This document shows, piece after piece, positions 59,818 to 64,000 of a DNA stretch of 64,000 bases. Within the stretch, counting starts at the first letter, position 1. Every line of letters begins with the position of its first letter. The notes under the pieces were generated by a model that was given only the letters and a program-made list of their open reading frames with translations, searched no databases and had not been told where the DNA came from. Both the position numbers and the translations under genes were made by a program. Source of the stretch: Eledone cirrhosa. Its lineage: Eukaryota. The stretch covers positions 30,318,001 to 30,382,000 of the forward strand of contig OZ024763.1 of assembly GCA_964016885.1 (NCBI GenBank), given 5' to 3'.

Positions 59818-60080
59818 TGTAATAAACAACATAAGGCAATTATTCCATTTACCAGTGGTTTCTTAAAAGAAAAAAATTTTGCTTTCAATCATCAGAATGA
59901 AAAAATCCTAGGCACCAGGATTTTTTCATTCTGATGATTGAAAGCAAAATTTTTTGCTTTTAAGAAACCACTGGTAAATGGAATAAATGCCTTATGTTGT
60001 TTATTACATAACTATTAAGCTCTGTTACCTACATAGAGCACTCTTTTTTCCTGGACTTTTCCGACGGAATTACTTCATTC
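59811..60080 (+). mobile_element. Fold-back element with two intact divergent hammerheads
   Basis: Arms 59811-59909 / 59917-60015 with a 7-nt loop; HHRs at 59843-59902 (-) and 59924-59983 (+): tttcatt-CTGATGA-ttgaaagcaaa-attt-tttgcttttaa-GAAA-ccactgg-TA-aatggaa; tail with taGAGCAC. Confidence 0.88.
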
Positions 60081-60540
60081 ATATATATACATATATATAT
60101 ATATAAATAAACTCATTGCTAGAACAGCCATTAAAACAACTAAATGCTGTCAAAGACGGTGATGGGCAAAAATACCTCAGAGGACCAGATTGACCAGTGA
60201 CCAGTGGTCAATAGAGAGACAATACTGGTAGCATTCAGGATATATTGTTAAACTGTGATGTAACATACCTGAAACCCCAAGGTGAGAAACTGGAATGTAC
60301 GTACCTGAAATTAAGATGAAAAAATAATAATTAAACAATCATTTACAAATACAATCTATACAAAATATACATAGTTATATATATACACATACATATATAC
60401 ATACATGTTCTAGTGGTAGCAGAGAGAAACAATCGACAACTGTTTCAGGGTTATTGCCCTTTGTCAAGATTGTGTATGCCTCCTTTTTCTGCTACCCACT
60501 TTTTGAGACTTATCAGTCATTTAGTATATATCTCACAAGG

Positions 60541-60583
<43 letters not shown>

Positions 60584-60680
60584 TTTTATATATATATATA
60601 TACATACACATACATATACGTGTTTTGCAACAGGTCATTTTGTGGCTCAATGAAAAATTAATAAATTAAACAATCAGAGC

Positions 60681-61160
60681 TATATATCATAAAACATGCC
60701 TATAGAGTCACAAGATAAAATATATACTATTTCCTCTCCCAATTAGCATAATTAACTATATAAAAAATCGAATAGACCAGGTTATAAGAATGAGGCTTCT
60801 ATGAAGGAATCTCCGACAAATAACCGAAACCAGCCCTTCGCGTCGGCCGTAGCGGAATATTTATCGAATATTTCGACAGCGTAATCGCCTAGATACAGTC
60901 AACTAAACAGAATTAGGTTTAAAATAAACTAGGAGAAAATAGAATACATTTAAATACCTCTACCATGGTTTCATCCGTGTTTTGAGTTTTCCAATAATTA
61001 TGTAATAATTATATAAACTCGAGCGCCGGATTCTTCAGGAAGCTCGCTCATATCTAGACATTAAATTTTCCAAAGCGATCGCGCCAAGAATTCAGTTCAA
61101 AATGGCTAAAAATCGTATATATTTTATCTTGTGACTCTATAGACATGTTTTATGATATAT
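60681..61160 (-). mobile_element. About 480-bp element with about 45-bp terminal inverted repeats and an internal hammerhead
   Basis: tatatcataaaacatgcctatagagtcacaagataaaatatatac / gtatatattttatcttgtgactctatagacatgttttatgatata. Confidence 0.7.
60956..61043 (-). ncRNA. Type I hammerhead ribozyme with extended helix II
   Basis: Minus strand: gcttc-CTGAAGA-atccg...gagttt...aaactc...cggat-GAAA-ccatgg-TA-gaggt. Confidence 0.87.
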
Positions 61161-61197
61161 ATATATATATATATATAATGCTAGTAGAAAATCAAGG

Positions 61198-61282
61198 GGT
61201 CCGACGAGCCGCAGATTACAGGGTCGGGTAAGATCGATACAGATCAAACCTTGAGCTGATCAGTGGCGAAACGTGCGTCACC
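61198..61282 (+). ncRNA. Hammerhead ribozyme, U4C core variant, extended helix II
   Basis: ggt-CCGACGA-gccgcagattacagggt...accttgagctgatcagtggc-GAAA-cgtgcg-TC-acc; AATAAA at 61287 and tcGAGTGC at 61388. Confidence 0.78.
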
Positions 61283-61722
61283 AACCAATAAACGTAATGA
61301 AGGAGTAACCAATCGTCCTTGTTATCTTTTCACTATACTACACTCTGTCTAGCTCTACACCTCCACACTGATGTGAATCTAAACATCGAGTGCTCACCCG
61401 GGTGAACCTACAGTAACTCCAAATTACACTCCCTGGATATATATATATATATTCCTAAATGATGATGTATGTGTGTATATGTGTGTGTGTAATTTATTTA
61501 CAAATCCAGGGCATGTTTTTAATATTTTGTTTCTAACTTCTAACAAAAATTTTGCTTTTAATTAGATTTTTTTAAGTATTTCGTAAAATTTAGGAATAAA
61601 ATAAAATAAAATATAAACAACAAAATCCACTTTAATTGGTGTATATATAATTATCTACTTAATATATGTAAGTAAACACATAAACATATAGTGTCAAGTT
61701 CAGAGTATATATATATATGTGA

Positions 61723-61859
<137 letters not shown>

Positions 61860-61871
61860 AATATATATATG

Positions 61872-61911
<40 letters not shown>

Positions 61912-61914
61912 GTA

Positions 61915-62448
<534 letters not shown>

Positions 62449-62913
62449 ATGTGAGTGTGTGTGTGTGTGTGTGTATATATATGTGTAAATATATATGCAT
62501 GTATATAAGTATGTATACGTACATACATATATGTATACAGACGTACACTAGTATGTATATACACACATACCTGCACACATATATATATATGTACGTATGG
62601 GTTTACCGAACATTTATTATAATGCTCGGTTTGTTTGTAAGCAAGCAGCCCGAATTACTAGCCGTACAGTGTTCGGCAACCATCGTTGCCCTTTTGTTCA
62701 ACACTGACTAAGGAACGATGAACTAGTTTCTAGCTTATTAGTTGTCATCAACATCGTATACCTTCCTGTCAGTCGATTGAACGTTTGAAAGTATATACTT
62801 TCCTTATGTATATTAACAGCTGAGCAGCCTAATTTGCATATCGAGTGAGTTAGTCGGCTGGGTGTACCGAAAACGATAAATGGAATTTATATACATGTAT
62901 ATACATATATATG

Positions 62914-62967
<54 letters not shown>

Positions 62968-63292
62968 TACATAAGAGAGGGTATCACCGTCAACATCACT
63001 AAATATACTCATATATATACACATATATACTCATATATATACAACAGTATGTGATGATGAAGGTAGTAATATTCGCATGCATGCACATATATACATGTAT
63101 GTATATGTGTATGTGTGTGTGTATATGTGTGTATGTATATATATATAGGTGTTAGGAAGGGCATCCAGCTGTAGAAATCAAGCCAGTTCCCGCCAGTTCC
63201 CGTCCCACCCTTGCAAGCAAGGAAAAGCGGACGCAAAATGATGAGGATGATATACATGTATATATGGTAATCTGAATATATGTATGTATATA

Positions 63293-63338
<46 letters not shown>

Positions 63339-63393
63339 GAAGGAAATGTGGTAAGGAACCAGATGGACCATAACGCACCAAAGTACTCAATAC

Positions 63394-63536
63394 TGGTGGT
63401 GGTGGTGATGGTAGTGGTAGTAGTGGTGGTGGTGGTGATGGTAGTCGTAGTAGCAGCAGTAGTAGTAGTAGTAGTGGTAGTGGTGGTGGTGGTGATGGTA
63501 GTCGTAGTAGTAGTAGTAGTAGTGGTGGTGGTGATG

Positions 63537-63573
<37 letters not shown>

Positions 63574-63772
63574 TGGTGGTGGTGGTGATGGTAGTCGCAG
63601 CAGTAGTAGTAGTAGTGGTAGTAGTAGTAGTGGTAGTAGTGGTGGTGGTGGTGATGGTAGTCGTAGTAGCAGCAGTAGTAGTAGTAGTGGTAGTAGTGGT
63701 GGTGGTGGTGATGGTAGTCGTAGTAGCAGCAGTAGTAGTAGTAGTGGTGGTGGTGGTGGTGGTGGTGGTGGC

Positions 63773-63805
<33 letters not shown>

Positions 63806-64000
63806 GGTGGTGGTGGTGATGGTAGTCGTAGTAGCAGTAGTAGTAGTGGTGGTGGTGATGGTAGTCGTAGTAGCAGTAATAGTAGTAGTAGTGGTGGTGG
63901 TGGTGGTAGTCGTAGTAGCAGTAGTAGTAGTAGTAGTGGTGGTGGTGGTGGTCGTAGTAGCAGTAGTAGTAGCAGTAGTGGTGGTGGTGGTGATGGTAGT
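63394..64000. repeat. (GTA/GGT)n compound microsatellite
   Basis: Recurring ggtgatggtagtcgtagtagcagtag unit to the window end. Confidence 0.93.

Noticed and set aside
60785-60845. Possible second HHR (CTATGA...GAAA) on the plus strand
   Set aside because: The core is incomplete and the helices do not pair convincingly.

Overview
AT-rich, repeat-saturated eukaryotic (animal) intergenic or intronic DNA. The SINE families and microsatellite load look most like an octopod cephalopod genome; that assignment is from recall, not a database search. I recognise no intact protein-coding gene. Nearly all ORFs in the track are translations of (TA)n, (CA)n, (GGT)n, (CTA)n or (GA)n microsatellites, or of SINEs. 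The real content is three tRNA-derived SINE families, 3' fragments of CR1- and RTE-clade LINEs, piggyBac- and Tc1/mariner-type MITEs, several minisatellites amplified from retroelement segments, and one candidate exon. The main discovery is about 24 type I hammerhead ribozyme (HHR) motifs with a recognisable catalytic core, found by hand, plus about 10 degenerate or half motifs, from roughly a dozen unrelated short element families. Almost all sit in (TA)n tracts. Many form long fold-back hairpins with the junction in or beside the ribozyme, followed by an AATAAA-like signal and a unique tail with a shared T(C/A/T)GAGT(G/A)C motif. This architecture matches non-autonomous remnants of Penelope-like element (PLE) pseudo-LTRs or retrozyme-like RNAs. 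Several ribozymes have unusually long helix II insertions or a U4C core variant.
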